64,000 bases of DNA, taken from NCBI GenBank assembly GCA_012295275.1, contig CM022678.1, positions 5,456,001-5,520,000 of the forward strand, in the 5' to 3' direction. This document shows, piece by piece, positions 12,055 to 64,000 of this stretch (position 1 is the stretch's first letter; the number at the start of each line of letters is the position of its first letter). This DNA comes from Chrysomallon squamiferum. Lineage: Eukaryota > Animalia > Mollusca. Position numbers and translations under genes: made by a program. The notes under the pieces were generated by a model that had not been told where the DNA came from, did not search any database, and was given only the letters and a program-made list of their open reading frames with translations.

Positions 12055-13087
12055 ATGAACGCTGTAGTAAATATTCTGACGGTGCTAGCTGTTACACTTT
12101 GTCTTGTACCAGAGTCGGACAGTTTGACTAAATACTGTCTCGAAGGACAACACCCAGCTCCAAGTGGCTATTGTGGTTTTCGTCTCAGAGATATAATTGA
12201 AGCAGTGTGCAGAATGTTTCACCTGAAACAGCCTTTCGCAATTTTCGAAAAACGTCTAAGTATGTACCAGTGAACAAGTAGTGCAGATTTCAGCTGATAA
12301 CATGTTCTTAGATTTGTGATAAATAACGTGAATACATGGATTAGTAGCGAGAAAACAACAACGGCGACAACGACAGTATAAATAAATAAATCAATAAATC
12401 AATAAAAACATATATAAATAAAAGATAAAAACATACCACTTAATATTATTTTTAGATAGCTAAAATAATTATAGTGTCAAGATAGGTTGCATTTAAGATA
12501 TTTCAGTCAGCTACTTCATGTTTGTATTTGATTGTGTTTAGTATTTTCTACATAGGTCATTGAACTGTGTACTATTAAATACTAGCACTAGAATCATATA
12601 CTATGTAATCTTTTAACGAAAACTTTAACAAAAACTTTGCATTATTACTTCAAATAAATAAACAATGTATTGTAGTATATTGTTAATAACAGCATTTGGT
12701 GGTGAATTATGGAAGGAATATAGGGTGTTTAGAATTTTTCATAAAACTATAATAAAATGAAAATCTCCGAGGTTTTTTCTATTACTTCACAACGTTTTGT
12801 TATTTTATATTTTATTTAACGACACTGTAATATAGTATTTGTAGGGAATGAATGTATATATATATATTATAATTTACTAATTAGTATATAATTTCTTGAT
12901 ATAGTAAGAAAACAAACTATTATTTTTCATTTCAGGAAATCGAAGCAGACGAGAGGCGAGGTTGAGAAAAGCTAAAGCTTTGTCGTTTCTCAGACATACA
13001 CGAAGTCGTCTTTACGAGCAGGGAATTATCTGCGAGTGCTGCTTCCATCGTTGTTCAGTTGAAGAATTGAGAGAGTACTGCCGTTAA
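12055..13087 (+). CDS. Insulin-like peptide precursor ILP-A' (recent paralog of ILP-A), 118 aa, 2 coding exons
   Basis: Exons 12055-12259 and 12936-13087. Translation: MNAVVNILTVLAVTLCLVPESDSLTKYCLEGQHPAPSGYCGFRLRDIIEAVCRMFHLKQPFAIFEKRLRNRSRREARLRKAKALSFLRHTRSRLYEQGIICECCFHRCSVEELREYCR*. Nine aa differences from ILP-A by manual count. Confidence 0.93.
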
Positions 13088-13424
13088 TATCAAAAACAAT
13101 AATAAATTAAATTTTAAACATATAATACATATATACATATATATATATATTATTAAATTAAAGAATCCGCAAATAAAACTAAATATATAAATAAAAGAGT
13201 AAGTAAGCAAGCAAGTAAATAAATTAACAAACAAACAAACAGCAAATAAATAAACAAATAAACAAATAAGTAAACAACGAAAGAAGCAAATAAATGAACA
13301 AATAAATATATAAATAAATAAAAATTACTGGTATGAAAAAGGTTGTAGTGTTATATGTGTGAGATGGTACATATAAGAGAAGTTTGCAAAAGTAAACACT
13401 GAATTCTATTTTTCGTTCCTCTAC

Positions 13425-13700
13425 CCTGTGACGTAATGTTAACAAGTAATGACATAGCCTGTGACGTAATGTTAACATGTAATGACATAGCCTGTGACGT
13501 AATGTTAACATGTAATGACAAACCCTGTGACGTAATGTTAACATGTAATGACAAACCCTGTGACGTAATTTTAATATGGAATGACAAATCCTGTGTCGTA
13601 ATTTTAATATGGAATGACAAAGCCTGTGACGTAATGTTAACATGTAATGACAAAGCCTGTGACGTAATGTCAACATGTAATGACAAAGCCTGTGACGTAT
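13425..13700. repeat. 33-bp minisatellite (~8 units) downstream of ILP-A'
   Basis: Same unit as 7832-8718, in the same position and orientation relative to the stop codon. Confidence 0.95.
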
Positions 13701-14205
13701 TAATAAATCCTGTGTTTAAAAGAAAAACTATTTTTTCCATCAGAGGAATCATCTCATTTCCATAATATATATATTATAGCAGAAATTAACGTGGGTGTGG
13801 TTGAAAGGTGTAGATAAGTAGATCTTCCTATCAAAATGACGTCATAGACTGTAATTCCGTCACACCTCGAATACGTCGCATCCTTAGCGACAACCAAATA
13901 TGAATTAAAAAAAACAAAAAAAAAAAACAGGATGTCTATGCAAAGTGAAATTTTACGCTGCGAATGAAAGATTTAGTATCGTATTTCATTTCATTACAAA
14001 GGAATTCGTGTTAAAGATTCATCTTTCTTTAACGTTGTTTATTCAAACTGAAAGTTTGTGACGTCACTGGATGCGTCAGATAAGTACTTTATGTAATTCG
14101 GGGTCACATTATGGTCTTGATTTAATATCACGTACAGACAGAAAAACACGAAATTAAAGCGTCAGTTACACATTTTTCATTTTTTTAATTTTTTTTTTTT
14201 TATTT

Positions 14206-14254
<49 letters not shown>

Positions 14255-14282
14255 AATTCTTACAAGTATATAATTAGCAGTC

Positions 14283-14416
<134 letters not shown>

Positions 14417-14607
14417 GTCTGTAAACCAAACATATTTAAATTTGCAGTAATTATTGCTTTCATTTCTTATTTACTTTAACAGTTTTCATGAAAACTCAGA
14501 AAACAAAACAAAACACGTTTCACATGCTGTATTTATTGCTCGAAGTTTGTTCTGGTGATGAGTTCTAGACTCTTATTTCTAACACGTGGGTATTGTCATG
14601 AAAACGT

Positions 14608-20231
<5,624 letters not shown>

Positions 20232-20316
20232 TGTTGCTTTACCATGGAAACGAGGCTTCTGTTCCTGAAATGAAAGCGTATCCAGCATATATATTATAAA
20301 TAACATAAACACCACA

Positions 20317-20358
<42 letters not shown>

Positions 20359-20469
20359 GCTTGCAAGGACAGAGAGATATCCAAATATCTATCTACCTGT
20401 CTATCTATTTCATCTATCTTAATGTCTCTCTATATATCCATCTATTTCTCAGCCTATCTTTTCATCCAT

Positions 20470-20504
<35 letters not shown>

Positions 20505-20626
20505 TTATTATTATTATTATTATTGTAGTTGCTGTTGTTGTTTCTTCTAATATCATTATCATAATTATTATTGTTCATATTGATTTTATTATTATTTTTT
20601 TTTTTTTATTATATATTCTTGTTGTG

Positions 20627-20689
<63 letters not shown>

Positions 20690-20722
20690 GCTGTTGTTGT
20701 TGTTATATTTTTTATTATTGCA

Positions 20723-20766
<44 letters not shown>

Positions 20767-20889
20767 CATCATCATCGTCATCGTCATCGTCATCATCATC
20801 ATCATTATTATTCCGGTTATCATTCCTATTATTGTCATTATTAGTATTATTGTTCTTGTTGTTGTGATTATTATTATTATTATTATTAT

Positions 20890-20923
<34 letters not shown>

Positions 20924-21097
20924 TATAGTAGTACTAGTAGTAGCAGTTATATTTATTGTTTTATTTTAGTTCTGTTTTTTATACGTTGTATGTTTCCGTA
21001 ATAATAATTTAGTTGACTATATTATCGGGGAACAGAAACTGTAAGTATATAACAAATGGCTTATTTCTACAACTACTACTACTAATAATAATAATAA

Positions 21098-21128
<31 letters not shown>

Positions 21129-21287
21129 AAGAAGAAGAATAGTAGTAGTAGTAGAAGTAGTATTAGTAGTAGTAGTAGTAGTAGCAGCAGCAGTTGTTGT
21201 TGTTGTAGGAACAGTAGTAATAGTAGTAGTAGTAATAAAAATAGGGTTGATAGTAGTAGTAGAATAGTAGTAGAGGTGGTAATGGTG

Positions 21288-21354
<67 letters not shown>

Positions 21355-22254
21355 CAGTTGTTGTTGTAGTCAGTTAGTTAGTTAATTAGTTAATTACTAT
21401 CAAATATCTACCAGGTAGATTGCTTCGCGTAGAGATGGAGTGCTAGAGATATACGAGAGAAACACAGAGAGACAGACAGACAGAGAGACAGACAGATAGA
21501 TAAAATAAAATAAAATAAACTACAACTGGAAAAAAAAAAAGTAACAGAAAATGTTGACTTTTAACTAACCAATAAATAGACAAACAAACAAACAAATACA
21601 ACAGTTAAATAACTTACCTGCTTTATTTTTCTTCTCCTTCGTTGTTTTTTTTTTTTTTTTTTTTTTTTCTAATTCACCAGTGACCTAAATCCTCACAATC
21701 TGCACGCTAACTTACCAGGGAAAACTTTTCAACCTGAACGCATCAGACCGCTGCCTGAACTGAATATCTCGATTTAGCGAGCCTACATTTTATTCTTATT
21801 ATCATTATTATTTAGAAATTCCTTTTCCGCTGAACCGTGCTTTTGGGGTTCATTTTTCTTTTACTCAGGGTGATGGATAAAAATATCACATGTTGAATGT
21901 TGGGCGAGTGGTGTGTGCTGCTGCTGTCATTGTTGTTGTCACTGGTGTTGCAAGATTCGTTAATTCAAGATATTCAAGCTTGTGATGAGGTTGTTCTTCT
22001 TCGCAAATATAAATTGTAAAGAAGAAACTGTAGCAGGTGAATGCAATTTAAAGCACTTATTTGATGTCGAATATACCAGTAAGAAACTAATTATAAACAG
22101 GATCAAATATGTAGTCACTTAAGCGTGACGCTTGTTCCCTGTACAGTTAGGGAGAGGACGGTCCATGAAATGCGTGCCTGAACAGTTTTGTCGTGGAAGA
22201 ATGACGACAGTCACCAAAACCACAGTCAGCTTTTCTTCATGACCATTTGTAAAA

Positions 22255-22615
22255 CACTGTCAGAGATCTCACGAGTATCACTCTGTCAAACACTGTCAGA
22301 GATCTCACGCCTATCGCTCTGTCAAACATTGTAACAGATCTCACGCCTATCACTCTGTCAAACATTGTCACAGATCTCACGCCTATCACTCTGTCAGTCA
22401 TTGTCACAGATCTCACGCCTATCACTCTGTCAAACATTGTCACAGATCTCACGCCTATCACTCTGTCAGTCATTGTCAGAGATCTCACGCCTATCACTCT
22501 GTCAGTCATTGTCAGAGATCTCACGCCTATCGCTCTGTCAAACATTGTCACAGATCTCACATCTATCACTCTGTCAGTAATTGTCAGAGATCTCACGCCT
22601 ATCACTCTGTCATAA
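22255..22615. repeat. 36-bp minisatellite (~10 units) upstream of EGF-ZP copy A
   Basis: Unit TGTCAGAGATCTCACGCCTATCACTCTGTCAAACAT. It gives the 12-aa periodic spurious ORF MTDRVIGVRSVT. Confidence 0.95.
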
Positions 22616-23345
22616 ACTCTCACACACACACAAAAAATCTCACCATTCTATTTTCCATTGTCATATCTCTACAGCTATAATTCTATTTCTTTTTCCTTTC
22701 TTTTTCTTTTCTTTTTTTTTTTTCGTTTTCTTTCTTTCTTTCTTCTTTTATGATTTCCTCCTTTGCTTCTTCATCATCTTATTGTAATTATTTTTAGGAT
22801 GTGTCGCACACAAACATAAAAGCCACTTTAGCGTGTTCACAGAAGCGTATCAAAATGTGTTCTCCGCACTGTTTTTTTTTCACACACACATTTTTTTGAT
22901 ATAATAATTCTCAACTTCTTTCTCAGCACGTATTTTATTCATTTAGTTCCTACGCTAATTTGTTACCCACTTAATTAAGAATTTAGTTACTTTTTAGTTA
23001 GTTAGTTAGCTATCAAATTATTACTGTAAAAAAAAATTCAATAAGTACCTACATGCATCTAAATAAATTTCGCGAGCAAAATAACAGTAACAATAACAGC
23101 AACAGCAATAACAGTTATAATAATGATAATGAGAAAGGCTCACAGACGTCTATAAACCGAATGTATTCACTTAAATTTATTGCAGTAATTGCTGCTTTCA
23201 TTTCTTATTTACTTTAACAGTTTTCATGAAAACTCAGAAAACAAAACAAAACACGTTTCATGTGCTGTATTTATTGCACGTAGTTTGTTCTGCTGATGAG
23301 TTCTAGACTCTTATTTCTAACACGTGGGTATTGTCATGAAAACTT

Positions 23346-31179
<7,834 letters not shown>

Positions 31180-31260
31180 TGTTGCTTTACCATGGAAACG
31201 AGGCTTCTGTTCCTGAAATGAAAGCGTATCTAGCATATATATTATAAATAACATAAACAC

Positions 31261-31299
<39 letters not shown>

Positions 31300-31605
31300 G
31301 CTTACAAGGATATTTATATACAGACAGAGCGACAGACAGCTACATAATATTTATACATCATAGATAGACAGACAGACAGAAAGAAACTGACAGATAAAGA
31401 AAGAGAGAGATAGGTACAAAGACAGACAGACAGACAGAAGGACTGAATGCAAAAGAAACACAGTTATAAAATGGACACACAAAAGAAACAAGGACATTGT
31501 TTTAAAAGACCATGGCAATAATATTAGTACACCAACTACTACTGTAACAGTAGCAACCACAACAACAACAACTACAAATACTGATACTGATACTACTATT
31601 ATCAC

Positions 31606-31650
<45 letters not shown>

Positions 31651-31931
31651 CATTATCGTTTATTGTTGTTGTTGTTGTTGTTGTTGTTGTCAACATTGTC
31701 ATATCATCATCACTACTGTTATTATCATTAAATTTTACTTCTCATTTAATAATAATTATTCTCTCTTTTTTAAGGAAATACAAAACGTTCTTTATTATTA
31801 TTATTGTTGTTGTTGAACGGGGAATTAATTCAGTATTTAACAGTGCGGCGAGGCAAGATTCGTGAAAACACGCCCAGACAGTGTTGACAGTGGCTGCAGT
31901 AATAAAGTGGATAAGGACGGAATAGAATTAA

Positions 31932-32010
<79 letters not shown>

Positions 32011-32161
32011 GTAGTGATAATAGTAGTATCAGTATTAGTATTTGTAGTCGTTGTTGTTGTTAAATTAAAAAATAAAATAAAAACGACAACAACGTCAACA
32101 CTATTAATAATAACTGTACATTATATGGGACAGACGATAGATATATTACATGGTATATTTC

Positions 32162-32230
<69 letters not shown>

Positions 32231-32448
32231 AAGTAGTAGTAATAATAATAATAGTAGTAGTAGAAGTAGTAGTATTAATAATAGTAGTAGTAGTAGTAGT
32301 AGTTGTAGTAGTAGTTGTAGTAGTAGTAGTAGTAGTTGTAGTAGTAGTAGTAGTAGTAGAAGTAGTAATAATAATAATAATAGTAGTAGTAGAAGTAATA
32401 GTATTAATAATAATAGTAGTAGTAGTAGTAGTTGTTGTAGTAGTACTT

Positions 32449-32489
<41 letters not shown>

Positions 32490-32611
32490 TGTAGTAGAAG
32501 TAGTAGTAGTAGTAGTAATCTGTTGGACTGTGATTATACGTTGCTACTATCTGTAGTGTGAATCTAGAAATTATGCAATATAGAACCTATGACATAAGAC
32601 ACCATAAAAAA

Positions 32612-32713
<102 letters not shown>

Positions 32714-33032
32714 TAATAATTAATAATAATAAATAAATAAATAAAATATCCAATCGCGAACATAATAATAATGAAAGTGTTTGAATCGTATAGATACGAA
32801 AGTCAGGTCTGAAGAGAATTATTAAACATCCAAACTGAAAGATTACGTAAGATAACCTCATCTCAAGCAAAGACAGTTTGGTAAACGTAGCAACGGCAAT
32901 AACGTCATTTAACTATGACGTCATTCAATAGTGACGTATTTATGCTGTTTATTTCGCAACAGTGCGAAACAGGAACGGAAATATATTTCTGGTGCACTGT
33001 AGTAGTCAGTCGAAAATAATGATATCTATATC

Positions 33033-33066
<34 letters not shown>

Positions 33067-33301
33067 CATCTATCTATTTATCTATCTATCTACTTATCTA
33101 TCGGCATGTCTATCTATCTATTTATCTGTCTATCTTTTCATCTACTTATTTATTTATTTACTTTTATTATTATTATTATTATTATTGTTGTTGTTGTTGT
33201 TATTGTTGTTGCTGTTGTTGTTGCTGTTGTTGTTATTGTTATTACTACTGATATTATTTCTGTTATTATTGTTATTACTGTTATTATTATAATTGTTATT
33301 A

Positions 33302-33340
<39 letters not shown>

Positions 33341-33454
33341 ACTTTACTTGTTTATACGTTGTATGTTTTCGTAATAATTTAGTTCGACCATATACTATCT
33401 GAGTGCAAAAACTGTAATTATAACAAATGGCTTATATCTAATAATAATAATAAC

Positions 33455-33564
<110 letters not shown>

Positions 33565-35029
33565 AAGTAGTAGTAGTAAACGTAATAGCAGTAGTGGTGG
33601 TAGTAATAGTAGTAGTAGTAATGGTGGTGGTAGTAGTAGTAGAATAGAAGTTGTTGTGGTCATAATGGTGATTATACTGGTAGTAGTAGTAGCAGTTAGT
33701 TAGGTAGTTAGTTAATTAGTTAATTACCATCAAATGACTACCAGGTAGACTGTTTTGCGAAGAGAGATGTACGAGAGAGATACACAGACAGACAGTCAGA
33801 CAGACAGAAACGGGGTGCTAACAGTAAAAAACAGTAAAACACAAAAAGAAAAGAAAGAACCGACAAGACAACCGTAAAGAAAGAAACTACAAAAAAGAAG
33901 AAAAAAAAAAAAAAAAAAAAGTAACACAAAATGGTGACTATTAACTAACACATAAATAGACAAAACAAAAAACCAATAAAAAAACCAACTAAAAATCAGC
34001 AACAATCAAATAAATAAGTAAATGCACAAAGAAATCAATTAAATAACTTACCTGCTTTATATATATTTTTTTTTTTCTTCTTCTTCTTCTTCCTTCACTG
34101 ATCTATAATCCTTCAAACGCGACGTTAACTTAACACGTAAAAATGTTTCTGCTCAACACGGCAGAACCCTGTCACGCTTGCCTGCCTCAACTGAATATCT
34201 CGATTTACCAAGCCTACCTTTATTCTTATTATCATTATTGTACAGAAACTTCTTTTCCTCTGAATCGTGATTTTTTTCTTTTATTTATTTATTTATTTAT
34301 TTTTTATATATATTAGGATAATGAAAACATCAGATGTTGAATGCTGGGCGTGTGGTGTGTGATGTTGTTGTTGTCGTCGTTGTTGTTGTCACTGTGTTGC
34401 AAGATTCGTTAAGTCACGATATTCAAGCTTGTGATGCTGTCGTTCTTCTTCGCAAATATAAATTGTAAAGAAAAAAAAAAGGGTGGCAGATGAATACATT
34501 TTAATGCACTTATTTCCCGATCCAGTTTTGATATGATATAATTTACTGTTAGTAAGAAGGTTTACATACACAAATGTTTTGCTCTATTCTTTGAGAGGGT
34601 TGCTATTTATTCTCTCGTGTTAATATTAGAACAATAAGTCAGAATCCTAATAAAATCGATCAGGTTATTACATATATATATATATTCTGTTACATACATA
34701 CATACATATATTATGTTCTTCTTCCTCTTCTCATTCTTTCATTTCCTATTATTATTATTACTACTACTACTATTGTTTGTGTTGTTGTTGTGGTTGTTGT
34801 TGTTATTAATTGTATTATTACATTTGAAGAGTGGTATACGTTCATATCTAATATGCCAGCAAGAAAAAACTTTATAAACAGGATCAAATATGTAGTCACT
34901 TAACCGTGACGCTTGTTGCCTGAACAGTTAGGGAGGGGACGGTCCATGAAATGCGTGCCTGAACAGTTCTGTCGTGGAAGGATGACGACAGTCACCAAAA
35001 CCACAGTCAGCTTTTTCTTCATCTCACCA

Positions 35030-35390
35030 TTTGTCAAAATTGTCAGATATCACTGTCAAACATTGTCAGAGTCAAACATTGTCAGAGATCTCATGCCTAT
35101 CACTTTGTCAAACATTGTCAGAGATCTCACGCCCGTCACTCTGTCAAACACTGTCAAATATTGTGATCTCACGCCTCACTCATTGTCAGGATTTCACTAG
35201 ATATTTGTTGTTCACTTGTCAGTCATTGTCAGAGATCTAACGCCTGTCACTCTGTCAGTCATTGTCAGAGATCTCACGCCGGTCACTCTGTCACATCATG
35301 TCAGAGATCTCACGCCTACGCATACACAAATATTGTCACAAATGCCGCACCATTCTAATTTTTATTCAGAGATCTCACGCCTTATATTTT
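35030..35390. repeat. Degenerate copy of the 36-bp minisatellite upstream of EGF-ZP copy B
   Basis: Repeated TGTCAGAGATCTCACGCC..TCACTCTGTCA with irregular spacing, in the same flanking context as 22255. Confidence 0.85.
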
Positions 35391-36048
35391 CTTCTTCTAG
35401 ATAATTGTCAGATTATTATTTTTGTCAAACACTTATTATTATTTATTTATTTATTTATTTTATTTATTTATTTTTCTATTATTATTTTATTTTTATTTTA
35501 TTTTATTATTTATTTATTTATTTATTTATTCATTTTTTTGTTAATATTATTATATATTTTTTCTTTCTTTCTTTCTTTCTTTCTTCTTTTCTTCTTTTGG
35601 TTTCCTCCTTTTCTTCTTCTTCATCATCATATTATTATTATTATTTTCTGGGTGTATCGTTGTTTACTGCAATAACATGGGCGTGTCTTTAATTACTGCA
35701 TTAATATGGGTGTGTCGCACACAAACATAAAAGCCACTTTAGCGTGTTCACAGAAGCGTATAAAAATTTGTTCTCTGCAGCATTTTTTGATAATAATTCT
35801 CAACTTCATTCTCAGCACGTTTTTATTCATGAATTGTAACGAAGAAATGCACCACGCAGATGTTTGTGTAATGAACACATCGATGTGTCGAGCCTCTCGT
35901 GAATTTAAAAGTGAATGAATCAAGAACTGCAGACACATCAGTCTCACTGTCAGTGCAAAACTTTATAATGCCCGTATGAGGCCACGAGAGGGTACACACA
36001 TTTTATTATTATTATTATTAGTAGTAGTAGTAGTAGTAGTAGTAGTAA

Positions 36049-36106
<58 letters not shown>

Positions 36107-36692
36107 TAGTTTTCATTATTACTTTATTTTATTTTATTTATTTTTAATTTTTTATTATTATTTTTTTTTTATTATTACTTTATTTTATTTTATTTTACTT
36201 TATTTATTTTTTGTTTTTATTATTTTATTTTATATTTTTTTAATTATTATTTTTTTAAATTTTTTTTTTATTATTACTTTTATTATTTTATTATTTTATT
36301 TATTTATTTATTTATTTATTTATTATTTTACTTTACTTTTTTTTTTTCTTTTTTTTTTTTTACCCGAGACTGTGAATCTCCCATTATTCAGCCCGGAACT
36401 GTTGAGGTCATTTAAGCACACACCACAGTTGACAGTCGTGTACAAAAACAACTGGGACGAGCTAAAAATATTCCCAGCTACAAAACCTGAAGATGTTTTC
36501 GCTACACCTCAGTGGTTTGTTTTGTATATCGAATAATGAAAACATCTCACCGCCTTTTCAAAAACCCAGTTTTCTTTTTATTTCTTTTTTATACATTTTC
36601 ATTTTGAATATAGTATCCCGAAGGATGATGCTGTTTACATTTGTTTTTATAAAGGATTTTTATTTTATTTATTTATTTATTATTATTATTAT

Positions 36693-36726
<34 letters not shown>

Positions 36727-37629
36727 TGGTTGTAGTAGTAGCAATAGCAGTAGTTCACTTAAAATGAATTCGGTATCTTTTCTATGAATCGACACATAGT
36801 GAATGTTACTAGTTGTTATTTATTCGTTTCGGAAAAGTTCACTACTTATTATTATACTACATTTTATTATATCCTAATTATTAACATCGTTAATAATACT
36901 TCATTATTGTAGAACAAAAATAAAACAACGCTTCAATATACTCAATATTTTATTTTAATACATTCAATAAAATATTCTAACATTTCTGACATTTTTTCTT
37001 CTTTTCTTTCATATATTTTTTTTTTTTTTTTAATTCTCTTTTGTACCATTTCACATAAACAGAATTCCACATCTGATAGTGTGAGTCTTGTATATGTGTA
37101 AACAGAGTTTCTTATCCTGTTGAACTTTTATTTAAATAATAATAATAACTACGGGTAAATTCCATCATGGGAAGGGAGGTAATTTAAAACAAATGCAAAT
37201 GGCAGGTAATATTAATGAAATGATTTTTCTTTATTAATAATAATATTAATAATAATGATAATAATAAATACATAAATAATATAAAGCATCTAGCAATGAG
37301 ATATAAGCTGGGCTGGATATTCGTTTATAAAAAGGTTCTCAATTTAATAATAATAATAATAATAAATTCAAAAATCCTTTTTAGTTTTAATTCTGATCTG
37401 AAGTGCTTCTGGTCCAAATGAAAATTATAACCATCCATATTTATATTTACTTATTTACGTTTCTTTATTTATTTGTTTATTTGGTTGTTTGTTTGTTTGT
37501 TTGTTGTTTGTTCATTTACTTAAAAGTTAGTTACAAGTTTATAATTCACTAATTCAAAGATAACGAAAAAATATGACATTAAAATGATCAAGTTTTACAT
37601 CTGACAGAACCAACTGCAGAATTTTATAA

Positions 37630-37660
<31 letters not shown>

Positions 37661-37900
37661 AAATATCCCAAAACAAGCAGATTTCTGCAGACTCAAGTGA
37701 AATGCACTTAGTATTGTTTCTGTCTGTATAAATGTCGAGGTTCATTTATTCAAATATACAGTCATTAAAAAACCCCACTCATCTTCAATATCAAGAAGCT
37801 AGCTTACATTTATCAAATTTGAGAATAGAAACTAACATTAAAATTATGTGAAAACATGTTTATATAAAGTCTTAAATTTGACACATAATAATGATAGGTG

Positions 37901-37934
<34 letters not shown>

Positions 37935-38647
37935 TCAAATCATTGAATAGAAAAGCCTCTAATTTACATTTATCTGTTTTTCAACACAAAAGAAACATCT
38001 CAAAACATTTGTAACCATAGCAACCAATCAGAAATTACTTAGTGCATTTATCTTTGGTCGTTTCTTGTGGTGATTTAAAAAGGAGTACTTGTTTAAAAAA
38101 GAAAAGAAATGAGAAACATATAAAAAAAAAAAAATAATAAAAAAAAAAATATAGAAAAAGAATATTCAAAACTATTCAAAGCTTTATATGTCTGTTACAT
38201 CAAACATTTTAAAGCCAAATTGACGAACTTTAAAACATTTCAATTTACAATCAATCATCACATTTATTCAACATTTTCAGTTTTTTTTTCTTTTCAAAAT
38301 TAATTTACAAAGTTTTCACAACAAAACACTAAAGCCAAAATCCTCAATCATAAACAAAAACTGATAAAAAGAAAAGAACCGTTCCACACAGTCTGTCTGT
38401 ATTGTTTTTTCTGTCTTCTCTCGTCACTTTTCAATCTTTAATTCTTGTCATTTTTTTTATTGTTTCAAACCTTTTTATTTCTTCTTTTTCATCTAATCAT
38501 TTCACAATCTTATTTCTCCTCTCTTTATCATTTTTATTTTCTTCTACTTTTCTTTTCTTTTCTCTGTCACTTCCAACAATCTTTACTTCTTATTTTCTTT
38601 CTTATATAGTTGTTTTCATTCGACAAAATGCTAACCGAGTTCCGTCA

Positions 38648-63941
<25,294 letters not shown>

Positions 63942-64000
63942 CTTTAAACAAAACAAAAACATACACTGAGACACAAACACTTTGACAAAACACAAGAAAA

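Larger units (their letters stand above)
8825..13700. repeat. Inverted segmental duplication of ~1-4010 (spacer, ILP-A and 3' minisatellite)
   Basis: 8825-8990 is the reverse complement of ~3880-4010, 9060-9420 of ~3415-3810, and 9860-10150 of ~3024-3325. Homology continues through ILP-A' to the 33-bp array. Confidence 0.9.

Noticed and set aside
469-13087. Calling the ILPs venom insulins, or naming the species
   Set aside because: Sequence alone gives no tissue or taxon, and the 8-Cys framework is shared with ordinary molluscan signalling insulins.
35690-36640. Unique-sequence patches between EGF-ZP copy B and the UBR5 3' end as an additional gene
   Set aside because: No recognisable domain or consistent exon chain; could be regulatory DNA or repeat remnants.

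Overview
Eukaryotic, very AT-rich, microsatellite-dense animal DNA. Gene content points to a mollusc or other lophotrochozoan; the species cannot be determined here. Nearly all supplied ORFs are translations of simple repeats, and the real genes are spliced and were rebuilt by hand from splice sites. (1) 1-13.7 kb: three two-exon preproinsulin-like genes with the 8-Cys molluscan (MIP-type) framework, arranged in nested inverted duplications. ILP-A (-) and ILP-B (+) are head-to-head around a motif-rich spacer, ILP-A' (+) is a recent inverted copy of ILP-A, and each gene is followed by the same 33-bp TGACGTAA-containing minisatellite. (2) 14.4-35.8 kb: a tandem duplication of a gene with 10 coding exons (signal peptide-EGF-EGF-ZP-furin site-TM, - strand). 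Two exons are about 50% divergent between copies while most others are nearly identical, and a +1 frameshift removes the TM anchor from one copy. (3) 38.6-64 kb: the 3' part (25 exons) of the HECT E3 ligase UBR5/hyd (- strand), with one GC-AG intron, a proline-rich insert and four small indels that probably reflect consensus errors.
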